64,000 bases of DNA, taken from positions 670,685 to 734,684 of the forward strand of contig MCFH01000026.1 in the NCBI GenBank assembly GCA_002104945.1, given 5' to 3'. How positions within the stretch are numbered: the first letter of the stretch is position 1; every line of letters starts with the position of its first letter. The translations under genes and the position numbers were made by a program. The DNA is from Piromyces finnis finn (taxonomy: Eukaryota; Fungi; Neocallimastigomycota). The notes under the pieces were generated by a model, which saw only the letters and a program-made list of their open reading frames with translations, was not told the DNA's origin and ran no database searches. This document shows, in pieces, positions 38,468 through 51,602 of the stretch.

Positions 38468-40489
38468 GTTACATTCTGTTCTAAATTTTGGAAATAAAAC
38501 TAGTAGATAGCCTAATTTAGTTACCACATCAGTATCAGCTACTAATTACTAATGATTATAATAATTAGTATCATTAGTAATTAGTATACAATTTATAAAA
38601 AGATTAGATATTATTCGTAAATATTTAAAATATTATATTTTTCTATGCATCTTATATCAGATCTGTTACGGTTCGAGGAATTTAATTTTATTTATAAAAT
38701 ATTAATAAATTTATTAATACTCAAAAATAATATTAAAATGAAATAAGAAAAATTGTTTTATTAATAAAATTGTTTTATTAAGATATTAATATAAAATTAT
38801 AAGATAAAATAAAAATAAAAATAAAAATATCTGTATATTCTCTAATTCTTATAATATACACCTTTTTATACTTTTTGTAAAAAATTAAGTAGTGTTAATT
38901 AAAAGAATTAGTCTTTAATTATTTACATTAATTTTAGTATTTAAATTACTTTTAAATGAATAATAAAATTATATTACTATTATAATAAATATTTATACAT
39001 ATTATTAAATTGATTAACATACATTAAAAGTTTAATTTAAATATTTAACTAAAGAATTTTACTACATTACAGAAATATTATTCATAATTTTAATTAATAA
39101 AAATTCATTAACTTGATAAATTAAACTAAAAGTTCAATAAACTATAATTTTCAATATATTATTATTACTAAATTAATTTTTAAGTTTAATAAAATAAAAT
39201 TTAAGTTCAATAAAAATAATTATTCATAATTTTAAATATAATTTAAGTGTACACATTAATTTACAAATAAGAATATTGTAAAGTTTTCATACATTTAGGA
39301 ACAATAATGGATTAGGTCATAATCATTTATTATGACAAGAATAACATTATTTGTTGGTTCCTTAATAGATCTGATGCGTTGACCGATATATTTGTGAATA
39401 ATATAATGTTTTTAATAAATAATAAATTCTATATTATAATGATGAAACAATAAATTTAAAATAAAATAAAATATGTTTTATAATTAACAAATAAATCACT
39501 CAAAACTCGAAAATAAACACTTATTATGTTTTAAATTAAATCTTTATTATATTTTATAATTTATTTATTATCTGTTTATGGTCTTTTTATTCTCTATTTA
39601 TTGTCCGCCTTTATAAAGAAGAATTTTATCTTCCTTTTATACATTTTCATTTATTACATGTATTATTATTTTTAACTATTAAATGTTATTATTACTATTG
39701 TTATTATTTATTAAAATTAAAAGAATAAATTAAAATTATGTCTTAGTATTATAAAATATTATAGAATATTACTTATTTGATTTTCTTATTACTTCAAAAT
39801 GTTTAAATTTAGAAAAATTATTATAAATTATCATTGACTATCATTAAATGTATAATACCTTGAATAAAATAATTTAAATTTAAAATTAAAATAATATTAA
39901 AATAAAATTAAAATAAAATTAAAATAAAAATTTAACAAAATTAAAATATTAAAAGTATCAATTATTATAAACACTCATTTTATACAGAAACATAAAAGAG
40001 TTCTGTATTTTATCTTTGGAATTGTTATTATTGTTCTATTTCCAGGTTTTAAGTTTATCATTTTAGTAATAATTACTCAATTAGTTATTTTTTTAATTTA
40101 TAAGTTTAAGAGTATTTCTAAAGAACACTTGGATAAACACTAGAATTAATAATTTGATGTATATCATTTTATTTTTAGTTTATTTATTCATTTTTATTTA
40201 TTTATTATTATTTTATTATTTTAGTACATTATTGGATTAAGTCGTTTTATTTTATTTAATAATTTATTTTATTTAATAATTTATTTTATTATTATCACTA
40301 TTAGGTCGTTTTTACTCAGAATTTATTATATAATAAAGATAATATTATTTATTTAAAGAAAGGGTTATATTTTCATAAAATTATTATTCATTCATCTTTA
40401 AGGGTTATTATTGTTTATTTTTATTATAAGTTACTATGGGTTAAGTCGTGTTTATTCAGCTAGTTTTTATCATGTTTTTATGTGAGTAG

Positions 40490-41850
40490 CGTATCAGATC
40501 CATACGATTTTAACTCATATGTCCCAATGGTTAAGGACAATCCTACCAAATCCGATCATCCAGAGTTCAACACCAGTCTAGAAATTTTTAATTATATCCC
40601 AATCACAAATGATTCACCTAATCCCTCAGATAATTTAAATGAATTTTCAGGTACTTAATCAAAATTTTCTAGCGAAACATTAAAAATTTTCTCCAATTCA
40701 AATAATGAAAATTTTAATAAAATTTCAAATTCTGAAAATATTAGTGATCTTGATATTTCAAAAAACATTTCATGAAATTTCTCGTCATATAATGATATTA
40801 TTACACCAAATGATAATGTAAAATATTAATCTTAAAATAGATTATATATTTAACAATAAAGCAACTAAACACGAAAACAAAAAAATAAAAGAATATTTTT
40901 TATCACAACTTTTACTTTTATTAATTATCAAAATTTAAAATAACAATTACATTGATTTAATAAACAAAAATTACATGTATTTATATTTTTTCATAATTAT
41001 ATTCTAATATATTATGCTATTTAAATAAACATATATTTAATATAAAATAAACAAAACTAATCTAACTAAATAATAAAATAACAAAACTAAACTAAAACTA
41101 ATTCATTATACTTTTAATTCAGTTTGAGTAAACTCAAAATTGAATAAAGTCCATGTATTATCTATAAATTAATTTAATATTATCAATACTATTCTTAATA
41201 TATTTCCTATTTAAATATAAACAAATTTATTTTTAAACTAAGTTAAAATTATTAAGCTATTCTAAATTTAAATAAAGTATTTAAAAAATATTTTAATTAT
41301 TTAAAATATTTGAAGTAATTAAATTTAATTAAAATTCTTTTATTCCTTAAATTTAAATATTTATCTTAATTTAAATTTAACGGAATTATTATAAAATAAT
41401 TTATTATTAAATTATTCCATGAAATTTATTCAAAAAATTTTATAATTTTATTAAATATTAATTTATTATTTAATAATTAATAATTAATTATTAAATAATC
41501 TAAAGATATATATTATATCTTTACAGATAATTATAATGATACAAACACATCTACTGATATCAACATTAATTCTAATAATCAAATTTATCCAACTGCAACA
41601 AATAATGATCTCGAATTTCATGATGAATTTCTTAATACAAATAATTTTAATAATTCGACTCTTATTATAGAAAATAATAACATTAATAATTTCCCAAATA
41701 ATTCAATTAATTTTTACAACCAATTTTCCATATTTAATAACAATACAAATCATAAAAGACCTAAAAGACCTACCAGTCCACTTATTAATCCTAAACTCAA
41801 AAGATTCGATTCTTATTCTTATCCCAAATGTAATGTTTTTATTAGATAAA
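40490..41850 (+). pseudogene. Decayed Asn/Ser-rich coding remnant, possibly a copia integrase-RT linker, split by a family A copy
   Basis: Protein-like frames (DPYDFNSYVPMVKD...; KRPKRPTSPLINPKLKR) resembling the linker in ORF 45443-46528. Confidence 0.3.
40900..41525 (+). repeat. Family A LTR, copy 5 (left end truncated)
   Basis: High identity to 13200-13815; ends tatatctttaCA. Confidence 0.8.
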
Positions 41851-42360
41851 TAATAATATTATTATTTTATCAATAAAAACTAAATTTTACCACAATAGGT
41901 ATACACTAAAATAAGTAATTTGTTTTTTTTTAGAAAAATAATTTTTTTTATTAATAAAAATCTGGAAATTAATTTTATTTATTAATTAGTATTTGTAATA
42001 TTTTAAATTACTTATTTCTAATTAATAAAAACACGAAGAAAAATTTTTTGATGAAAAATTCACTCGTATTTATACTTTTTATAAAATTTTTTAGAATTTC
42101 TAAGAATTAATTTCATTATATAAAAATAGAAAAATAGAATAATTTTTTTTTAATTTTTTAGAATATACTTAAGTTCTTTAAATTAATTGATAAAAATTCT
42201 AGAACTACAATAATTGCTACATTAATGTATTTATATTTTGTAATAATAAAAATTATTTATAAAATTGGTATCAGGTTGAGTCGAATCCAGAATGTTCAAA
42301 TTGATAATTCTGGTTTTGACTATTGAACCGATATAGCTATTTAACTATTTTATTGATACA
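41830..42360 (-). repeat. Diverged solo LTR related to the X/Y LTRs
   Basis: Shares AATAAAAAC-C, CACTCGTATTTATA (TATA region) and a B-box-like GGATTCGACTC (~42278-42290) in the same order; boundaries approximate. Confidence 0.5.
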
Positions 42361-42760
42361 ATAGAAAATATTATCTTAATTCTATATTTTACTATAGAAA
42401 GTGATAATATTTGTATCTAAAAAAAATAAGAAAATAAAATAAATGATTTTTATACTTGTTCATTTGCAAGTATTAGTTAATTTTTAAAAATATAAAGTTT
42501 ATTATATTTAATTATAAAATTATAATATTATTTAATAACTCTCATATTATTAAATAATTAATACATCTTGTATGTATCATAGAAGTTATATAAAAAAATA
42601 TTGTTTTATTAAAATAAATAACCATTTATTAAATTTAATATAATATATCTAATTTTGACGGATTATTAGGAACATCTTAAAATGAATGTATTCTATTACT
42701 ATTTATACAAAATTATTATTTTAAAGTATAATTATAAACAAATATAAACTATTTAATTTA

Positions 42761-42791
<31 letters not shown>

Positions 42792-42851
42792 TTTACATTT
42801 ATAATTTTTAATTTAATAATTTTATACATGTTAAATATTTTAATTTTTATC

Positions 42852-45441
42852 TGTATTTTAATTAATAATTATTATCTACATTATAATAATACAATTCGTA
42901 ATATGTATTATTAAATTGAGAAGTTTCTTAATAGTAAATAAAAATGAATATTTATCTTAAAGAGTTTATTATAAGTGAATTATAATAAACAACACAAAAT
43001 ATTAAGACTATCTTTAATTTAAATATTTTTTATGAATATAGTTTTTTGAAAGGGTTATTTATAATAATTGTCTTAAAATAATAACTCTGGATTCTTTAGT
43101 GGAATTCCAGAGTTCTTATATTTATAATTTTTTAATAATTTAAAGTTTAATAAAGAATTTCTAATTTTAACAAATACTCTTTTTAGGGAAAGACTGGAAG
43201 AAAAACCTATAAAGATATTCGATTGATAACTAATATATCAATCATCGTAATATTAAGTAAAACCGATTAAAATTTGGAAAAACCTTAATATCCGATTGTC
43301 CTATTATTTATTTATATCTTTTAATTGTTTCTATAAGTTATTTCAAGATAAGATACATAAATATAAAATACAAACGTAAAATAAAATACATAATGTTTCT
43401 TATAAAATGTAATACAAAAATTATTAATTAATAAAATAAATGAATGTTTTCTATTATTTTAAATAAATTACTAAATTAAATAAATAAATAATTAATATAG
43501 TAATTGAATAAATTTTAAATTAAGTAAATGAATAATTAATATCAATATAGATAAATGTTTATAGTAATTTAAATGAATGTATGCTAATAATTTAAATAAA
43601 TAATTAATTTAATAATTAAATTTTATTAGTTAAAATATTTTATTAAAAATATAGTTTAATTTTATTATTAATATTAATAGATTATGGTAATTACAATGAA
43701 TTAATTAATGAGAAATTGAATAAATTTATACTATAAAATGTGGCTAGTTATAAAACTAAAAACTATTGTTAATAAATGTTCTTAGAACATGTGAATTACT
43801 AATACACTACTAATTATTATTAATACATTATTAAATATTACTAATACATTATTAATTTTAAACAGAAAATTACATTATTTTAACACATATTTAATTTATT
43901 CTAAAATATTCTAACATTCCCCCTCAGACCAGAATGTTTTCTTGTTAAAAATTTGGTCTGTAAATTTTGTCATTTTCGGTCCATTAAAATTTTTGGTAAG
44001 TGGGTCGGCCAGCATTTTTTCTGAATTAATATATTCTAACTTTATTTTCTTATTTTTAATATTGTCCTTATTGAAAAAGAATTTTATTTCTATATGTTTT
44101 AATTTGTTATTAAGTTCCCCGTTTTCAATGATAGTTTTGCTTGTTAAATTATCTATGTGAATTGTAATTGGTTTTTTGTAATTGAACAATTCTTTTAAAA
44201 TGTTCTTTATCCATAATATTTTTTTAGTACATTCAGCCATTGCTATATATTCAGCTTCGGCAGTAGATGTAGATGTGGCAACTACAGATTGCTTTTTAGA
44301 TTGCCAGCAGATAGGATCATTGTTCATAAGAATTATGTATCCGGAAGTAGATTTTCTATCTTTAGGGTCACCTCCAAAGTCTGCATCAGTATATGCTACA
44401 ATTTCCCCCTGTCCTTTATATTCAATTTTATAACTTTTAGTATAATTTAAATATTTTAATATATTTAATACCTTTTTCCAGTCAGCTTTAGTTGGATGTT
44501 CTGAATTCCTTGCTACTTTGTTGACTGCGAATGTTATGTCAGGTCTAGTGCATCTGGATAAATAGATTAAAGATCCGACAGCGCTTTTATATACGGTTTT
44601 GTAAAAATTTTCTTCTTCATATTTTGTTGAATAATCATCAGTACATGGAGTCTTTGCTTTTCGGATATTTTTAACTTTGAATTTTTCTAATATATCATTA
44701 ATGAATTGAATTTGATTAATAGAATATTTAAAATTGTTGTATTCAATACTTATTCCTAGAATATACTCAGCAGGACTGCATTTTGAAATTTTAAATTTTT
44801 CTTTATTTTGTTTATTATTTCTTGAACATTTCTATTTATTCCTGTTATTAATAAGTCATCTACATAAACACCTATAATGCAAACTAATTTATCCCCACCA
44901 TTTTCTTAAGTCGTTCCAGTTTTTATCCTGGTTGTTAAGGCGTTGCCTTAGTATACATAAGGCTTCTGGTTCGACCCCGCAGATGTCAGTGCCTGTGGAT
45001 TTTCCCACTGGGTTTGCCATGGGTTGGGTTATGATATTCAGGTAAGTATAAATGAACTTTCTAATTTACTACTATGATAATAACACTCGTCTAGCCGGCC
45101 TGAGAGGGTCTAGTGTACATGGTACATTCCAAATTAGAACTTAATAAGTGGTGACTTAGGCTATGCCAAAAACACATAATATTCCTTAATCAATTTAAGT
45201 GTAAACATTAGGGGGCGGTTGACACGTGATCAAATTGACTATAAGAGGCTTAGCATTGTAGTTGTGAAATATCGTACAACGACATGCATCTAATGTACAT
45301 GGATTAAGTGAGCGTCGAAGCTGAAGAAACAGTATGACAGACCAGGAGGGTCACAACCACCTAGCAATAGGAATGAGCCAACGTTTCTCTAAGAACCACC
45401 ATTGGAGCTAACTCTGATCGATGGGAGAAATGCACTCGGAA

Positions 45442-45485
<44 letters not shown>

Positions 45486-48400
45486 ATTTTCTTAAAAATA
45501 CACGGTTCAGAAATTAATTGATTGAATTGGTTATTTTTGAGGAAATTACTAAATAAAAGATTCCATTGGCGACCAGATTGTTTGAGACCATATAGAGCTC
45601 TATTAAGAAGCCAATAACCACGTACGTAGTTAACATCTCCTGGAGGGATAGAAACATATATTTCATTGTCAAGTGGTGCATTAAGATAAGCGGCTTTAAT
45701 GTCAAGTTGCATAATAGGCCAATTAAATTTTGCAGCTATAGCTATAATAAACTTTAAACTATCAATGTTTAAAGTAGGAGAAAAAGTGAGTTCAAAATCT
45801 ATACCTTTTCTTTGGGTAAAACCTCTTGCAACAAGTCGAGCTTTATATTTATTTATATTACCATATTGATCCCCTTTAATGGTAAAAATCCATTTGGTAG
45901 AAATAGCTGATTTTCCAGTAGGGAGTTTTTTAACAAAGGTCATAATATTATTATCATAAAAATTTTTGATTTCAGAATTGATAGCAATGAGCCAAGATTC
46001 ACGTTCTTTACAATTGATGGCTTGTTTGAAAGTTAAAGGTGTATCAATTGCAAAGTTTTGATTAGATGGTTCAATATAATCTAATGAGATTTTATTTTTC
46101 TTGTTATCATTAAAAAATATAGGACTGCCTGGTCTATTAATTGACTCATTAAAAGAAGGTTTTAATTTTTTATTAAATTTAGAAGATAAAATACATCCAC
46201 GTCGTTTTACTGAATCATTAAATGAGGATTTTAGTTTTTTATTGTTGAAAGAATTTGTATTATTTAATTTATTTTTTAAAGGATTAATATTCGAATTATT
46301 AGTTACTAAATCATTTGTTTTGTTAATATCATTATTAGATGTTAAATTTTTATTTATAGTGGAATTATTTGAATTATAAATATCTGATATATTTGATGAT
46401 TGAATGTAATCGTCATCACTGGAAACACTAAGAGATTTAAAACTTGAATCAATTTCATTAATAATATTATCAGTATTTTTATCTAATTTATCTTCTTCAT
46501 TATTATTAGACATATTTGAATTATTCATATTTTTATTATTTGTGTCATTTATTTCATTGTATATAATGTCAGATTTATCCTTATTATTTGATTCTTCATT
46601 TGTATTAATTATCGAGGATTAAAATATATAATTATCATTATTAAAAATGTTAGTAGAAAGTTTTACATTATTTTTGTTGACAGATAAACTAGAAGGGGTT
46701 TCTTCATCAAATATAACTTCTCTTATTAAGTGAATATTATATTTTTTTAAGTCTAAAATCATATAACAATTAGATTCCATATTAAATCCAACAAAAACTC
46801 CTTTAATTGCATTACTTTTAAATTTTATTTTATCCTGAGAAAAATCTTCAGTAAGCTATACATCCAAAAACTTTAATATATTTAAGATCAACTTTTTTAC
46901 TATAAAATACTTCATTTGGAATTTTATTTTTAATACCTTTATGTGGTGTTATATTATATAAAAGATTAGCATACTTAATAGTATAATCCCAAAAATTCAG
47001 TTCCCATTTTACTTGATTGTAATAAAGATTTTGTACAACTAATTAATGTATAATTAAAACGTTCAGCAATTCCATTATTTTGAGGATTATATGGAGGAGA
47101 AAAAGTTTTGATAATACCACTTTCTTTACAGTAATTAAGAATTTTCTTATTATTATATTCAGTACCCTGATCCTGATCAGAATGAAATGTTTTAATTTTA
47201 TACTTAAATTGATTTGTTAAATATGTAAAAAAGTTAATAATTGTCCTAAGAATTTCCGATTTTCCTTCAAGTAGAAAAATCCAACTTTTTCTAGTAAATT
47301 CATCAATAAAGGTTAATACATAAGTTTTACCAGTAAATGATTTTTGGATTGGACCAATTACATCTGAATGTATTACTTCTAAAATTTCAGTAGCTTTTGG
47401 AGTTTCTGAGTTATGGGGTTTACGATTTAATTTTGCTATTTTACAGTCATTACATTCAACTTCTTTAATATTGTGTAATTTTAAGTATTTGTTTAAATTA
47501 TCATGGTAGAAGTGTCCAAGCCTTTTATGCCATAATAGTCTTGAATGTTCATTAAGTTTGAATTTATTTTCATAAGATATTGTGTCAATGTAAGTATCAG
47601 TTTTTATTTTATTATATATAGGTATGCGTATGATATTATTTTTATCTGCCATAAATGTTCCTATATTGATAGTTTTATTCTTTTCATTTTTGATTTTTAG
47701 GTTAAGATATACATTTTCTTTCTTTGGCTTCATATTACAAATCATACCATTTTGTGAAAGCTTTATACCACTTAATAAATTTTTACTAACTTGTTTTGAG
47801 TATAAGACGTTTTCAAGTATTATATTATATCCGTTTATACAGCCTTTATATGTTCCAATACCACTGAATTCACATAATGAGTTATTTGCACATTTTAATG
47901 TTATTTTTTCTTCTCGAAAATTAGTAAGTATTTCTTTATTGTTGGTGATGTGTTCTGATGCACCAGTATCAAATGTCCATATAGTCTTATTATCAGATTC
48001 ATTTTTATTTATATTTAAAACTAATTGATCTTGATATTCATTATTATTAGTGTGAGTGTTATCTTCAATTATTTCAATACTGTTTACTTCATGATCATAC
48101 ATTGTTTTTAGTTCATCAAAAGAGAGTTCGGTATCATAATACTGATCATTATATTCCATATTTGAAATAGATTTATATCTATATTTACTATTTTTCTTTT
48201 TGTTATTTTTATCAAACTTCCTTTTGTTATTATTATTATTATTATTATTTTAAGTTATCTTATTTTTATTTTCTTTATTTATATTAGTTAGTTGATTATA
48301 TTTGCATTCTTTGGTAGAATGACCATTAACTTCGCATATATGGCAAAATTTTGGTTTATAATTTTTATTCTTATATTTAGATATATAAGAAATATCCTTC

Positions 48401-48960
48401 TCGCTTCTATTAATGAAGTCGATGTCAATTAGATCATTATTTACATTGATACTTCTGTTATAATCAATACTGCTGTTAAGATAAATGAGAAGGTTTATTT
48501 TATTTATTGCTTGGTTCAGAAAATCTTCGACAGTTTCAGTACCATCAGGATGAATATAGTTTCTGAGGGTTTTAGGGAATGATAAGTATAAAACTCTAAT
48601 CTTTTCCCAATCTCCAAGATTTGCATTACTTCTTGACATAATATCAAGAATCTCTTTAATTTGATTAATTACATCTTTGCATTCGGAAAGATCCGTAGCC
48701 TTTAAAGAGTACATCTTCTTCATCCAATATTGAATATCAGCAGATTTCTTTTTGCCATACATAGATCTCAGCTTTTTCATAATATCATAAGCTGATGATA
48801 ATCTCTTGATATAATCCAGCACTTCCTTTGAAACGTTGGTGCTAATGATCGTGCAAGCTAGTGCATCCATTGCTTCTGCTTCATCGATCTCTTCTTCCAT
48901 TTCTTTTATAGCCTGTTTGTTTTGGATGGTATTCATCAAGTTGAGGCGTTTGATATCTTT
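42852..48960 (-). mobile_element. Ty1/copia retrotransposon, pseudogenized; 3' LTR ~42852-43916, 5' LTR not found
   Basis: Order gag (CHICEVNGHSTKEC, 48250-48939), protease WTFDTGASEH, LWHKRLGH, integrase HSDV/FHSD/GIAERFN (46975-48159), RT YKARLVARGFTQ...LYGLKQSGR (45443-46528) and VYVDD (~44855), RNase H YADADFGG...WQSKKQ (43911-44400); PPT GAGGGGGAA next to 43916. Confidence 0.93.
44910..45482 (+). mobile_element. SINE-like retroposon with tRNA-like head and pure poly(A) tail, inserted in copia RT
   Basis: 13-bp TSD ACCATTTTCTTAA (44897-44909 / 45483-45495); B-box GGTTCGACCCC ~44965-44975; stem GCCTTA/TAAGGC; 38-nt A tail; much higher GC than its surroundings. Confidence 0.85.
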
Positions 48961-49242
48961 ACAGTATTATAGCTAGAGGTTACACACAAAAATATGGCAT
49001 TGATTTTGAATTTACAAAAATTAACAGCCATAAAAACAACTTAAAATAAAACCAATCTAATACAATTTAAAAAAAAGGGATAAATTAAAATTTAAAATAT
49101 TATATAAATGCTTCGCATAACCTCATAACACATACACTCTAATAATAAAATTAAAAAATTAAAAAATATATATATAAAAAACAGGTTATACGTTATATAC
49201 CCTACTATATATAATATTATTATTTAAAAAGAAAAAATAAAA

Positions 49243-49605
49243 ATGGAAAACAAACTTAAAATTAAAAGAAGTTCCTTTAAATTAATTGAAGACGATGAAA
49301 TAATAATTACACCAGATTTAATTAATTCCCCATTAGATTACCTCAAATCTCTCAACAAAGAACAACAAGAAGAGTGCCTAAGATATCTAAAATTATCAAC
49401 ATACAAAGGAGACCCAACCTTGGAGGATGACCTATTATTCCTTTTAAACACAGAAATAAAGAGTATGAAATCTACTTTAGAAAATTCAAACTTAAAATAT
49501 AAAAAATTTCTATTCGATAAATTGTCAAAGTATGAAACAATAAGAGAAAGATTAAAATTAAGATTAGAATATAATAAAACAAAATTTGAAGGAAAATGTA
49601 AATAA
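49243..49605 (+). CDS. Hypothetical 120-aa intronless protein (Lys/Leu/Glu-rich)
   Basis: Intact ATG in aaaaATGG context; long open frame in very AT-rich DNA; family not recognised. Confidence 0.5.
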   Translation: MENKLKIKRSSFKLIEDDEIIITPDLINSPLDYLKSLNKEQQEECLRYLKLSTYKGDPTLEDDLLFLLNTEIKSMKSTLENSNLKYKKFLFDKLSKYETIRERLKLRLEYNKTKFEGKCK

Positions 49606-50395
49606 AAAAAATAAAAAATAAAATGTATTTCTAAAAATAAACTTTGTTCTTTTTTATTAAAGTGTTAATTCGTTTATGTATTGTGTTATTATAAATAAAA
49701 GTAAATAATAATACTCCTAAATTTTTATTTGAATCTATTCTACATAAAAATACAGAGTCTCATCGTAATTATTATTTCTACTACTATTCTTTCTTTGATA
49801 AAGAATCAAATCATTACTTCTACTCTAAGAGTAGCAGTCGACGCTCTGTTCGCAGAAATACATACACTTTGCGAATTGAGCGAATATACCACGAGCTCAA
49901 TCGCAGTGTTCTTTATTATGGAGCATGCTTAATAAATATTGACGGTTTCTAATATACCATCGACAATCATATTCCATATTCAGTCTGCTTTCCGTTATGA
50001 TAAACCTAGCTAATCTTTAGGTTAGGGGTTAGGGATATATTGTTGGGATAAAATAAAAATAAAAAGAAACACAAGGTAATAGGAATATAAATAAATGTTC
50101 AGATACAGATATATCAGATACATTACATAATTAATTTTATTTTTCGTGAATTTACATAAATTTGTTTCACGTGATTTTTATGTAATTACAAAGGAAAGAA
50201 AATTATTTCAAAACAAAAGAACCATTAGTTTGATTACTAAAATAGAATATATAATAATTCAAAATAAAATAATAAAATAAATAAAAATTAAAAAATTATA
50301 AAATATTATAGATATAAATCTGAATGAGTAGTGAGTAAGCCTACTATATATAATATTATATGAGTGTAGTTATGTAGTTAGGAATCTTTTTCCTA

Positions 50396-50641
50396 TTAAA
50401 AACAAATTTCAAGAGATTCTTTCGTAAAAACAACAGTTTTTTTTCTCACAAAATCTTCAATTCCGGGAATAAGATATTTAACATATTCATATGTACATTT
50501 TTCGTAAATCTTAATGCCTCCTTTCACAGTACCAATTTCTTTAATAGAATTCCCAAGTTTTTTAAGAAATTCAACATCTTTTTTTTCAAAATAATTAACA
50601 CAAGATATAAAACAAACATAACACAAAAAAAGAAAAAACAT
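50396..50641 (-). CDS. Hypothetical 81-aa protein immediately downstream of the Rep-like gene
   Basis: Open frame starting 30 bp after the helicase-ORF stop; hydrophobic N-terminus; family unknown. Confidence 0.35.
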   Translation of the reverse strand: MFFLFLCYVCFISCVNYFEKKDVEFLKKLGNSIKEIGTVKGGIKIYEKCTYEYVKYLIPGIEDFVRKKTVVFTKESLEICF

Positions 50642-50671
50642 TTTAAAGAAAAAAACACATCTATTTATACT

Positions 50672-51560
50672 TTATTGATTTTGATATTCTTCTAAAGAAC
50701 ACCTTTTATAAAATACATCAAATTCATCAAACTGCTTGGGTTTTTTATGACTATACGACGAAGAAGCATCATCATTTAATTTTCTTTTATTCTTAAATAT
50801 TTCAAAAACATCAAAATTGGAATTTTCATTAAAATATTCTTTAAAATATTCATCAATAGATTTATTAGAAATTTTATCAAAACCAGACTCGGAAGCACAT
50901 TTATTATAATATCTTTGAATCTCGTATTCATATTCTTTTTTCATTTTTTCTCTTAAACTTCTTTCAAATGCATATTTCTTCAAATTCGGCCAGTTAAGAA
51001 ATTTATTCCCTTCATATTCAGGCAATGAATCAAAATGAACTTATTTAATTCTTCTAGCTAATGGAGCATAATCTTCATCTTTAGAAAAACAATCATTAAG
51101 TGAATAATTACTAGTAATTATAATAAATTCAAGCCTAATGGAATTTAAAGATGAATGTTTAACTTCAGCTTGAAAGGGATATTCATCTGTTCATTGTTTC
51201 AAATTATTAGCCTGGAATTCACAATACTTAGGATTCATTTCTTCAATAATAATAACCTTTTCACCTTTATAATTATCAAAATATTTATTTCTACTCTTTT
51301 TTTTATACTTAAAATGAGGATTAAAAGGATCAATCTTAAAATTCTCATTACCTAAAAACTTTCTCTGGAAATCAACTTCAAATTTATTAAGGAATTCAAC
51401 AATTTTCAGGAATTCAATAATTTTCCTTGCAAAAAGACTTTCCTTTACCAGAAGAGTCCCACAACCAAATAAAATGATTTTTGTGGAATAAATGACCTTT
51501 ATAATTAAGAAATAACCTTTCTCCTTTAACATTAGCATCACGAATTTTAGACAAGGTAAC
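50672..51560 (-). pseudogene. rep: SF3 helicase half of a CRESS-DNA-virus-type Rep protein, decayed
   Basis: Walker A FIWLWDSSGKGKSF (~51432-51475), 1-nt frameshift, RNKYFDNYKGEKVIIIEEM (Walker B), LKQ*TDEYPFQAEVK, motif C IIITSN, arginine finger PLARRI; two in-frame stops; HUH domain not seen. Confidence 0.8.
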
Positions 51561-51602
51561 AAACTTCAAAATTTCAATATAAATTTAACTCAAAAAATTT
51601 TG

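Noticed and set aside
38664-39371. Possible additional solo LTR flanked by AGATC
   Set aside because: Starts with TG but does not end in CA next to the second AGATC; no homolog in the window
45092-45109. 18-mer TAGCCGGCCTGAGAGGGT resembling bacterial 16S rRNA inside the SINE
   Set aside because: Flanks do not resemble 16S; too short to support rRNA origin without a search
49825-51200. TGA=Trp alternative code in the virus-like island
   Set aside because: TAA and TAG stops and a frameshift also interrupt these ORFs; ordinary decay explains them
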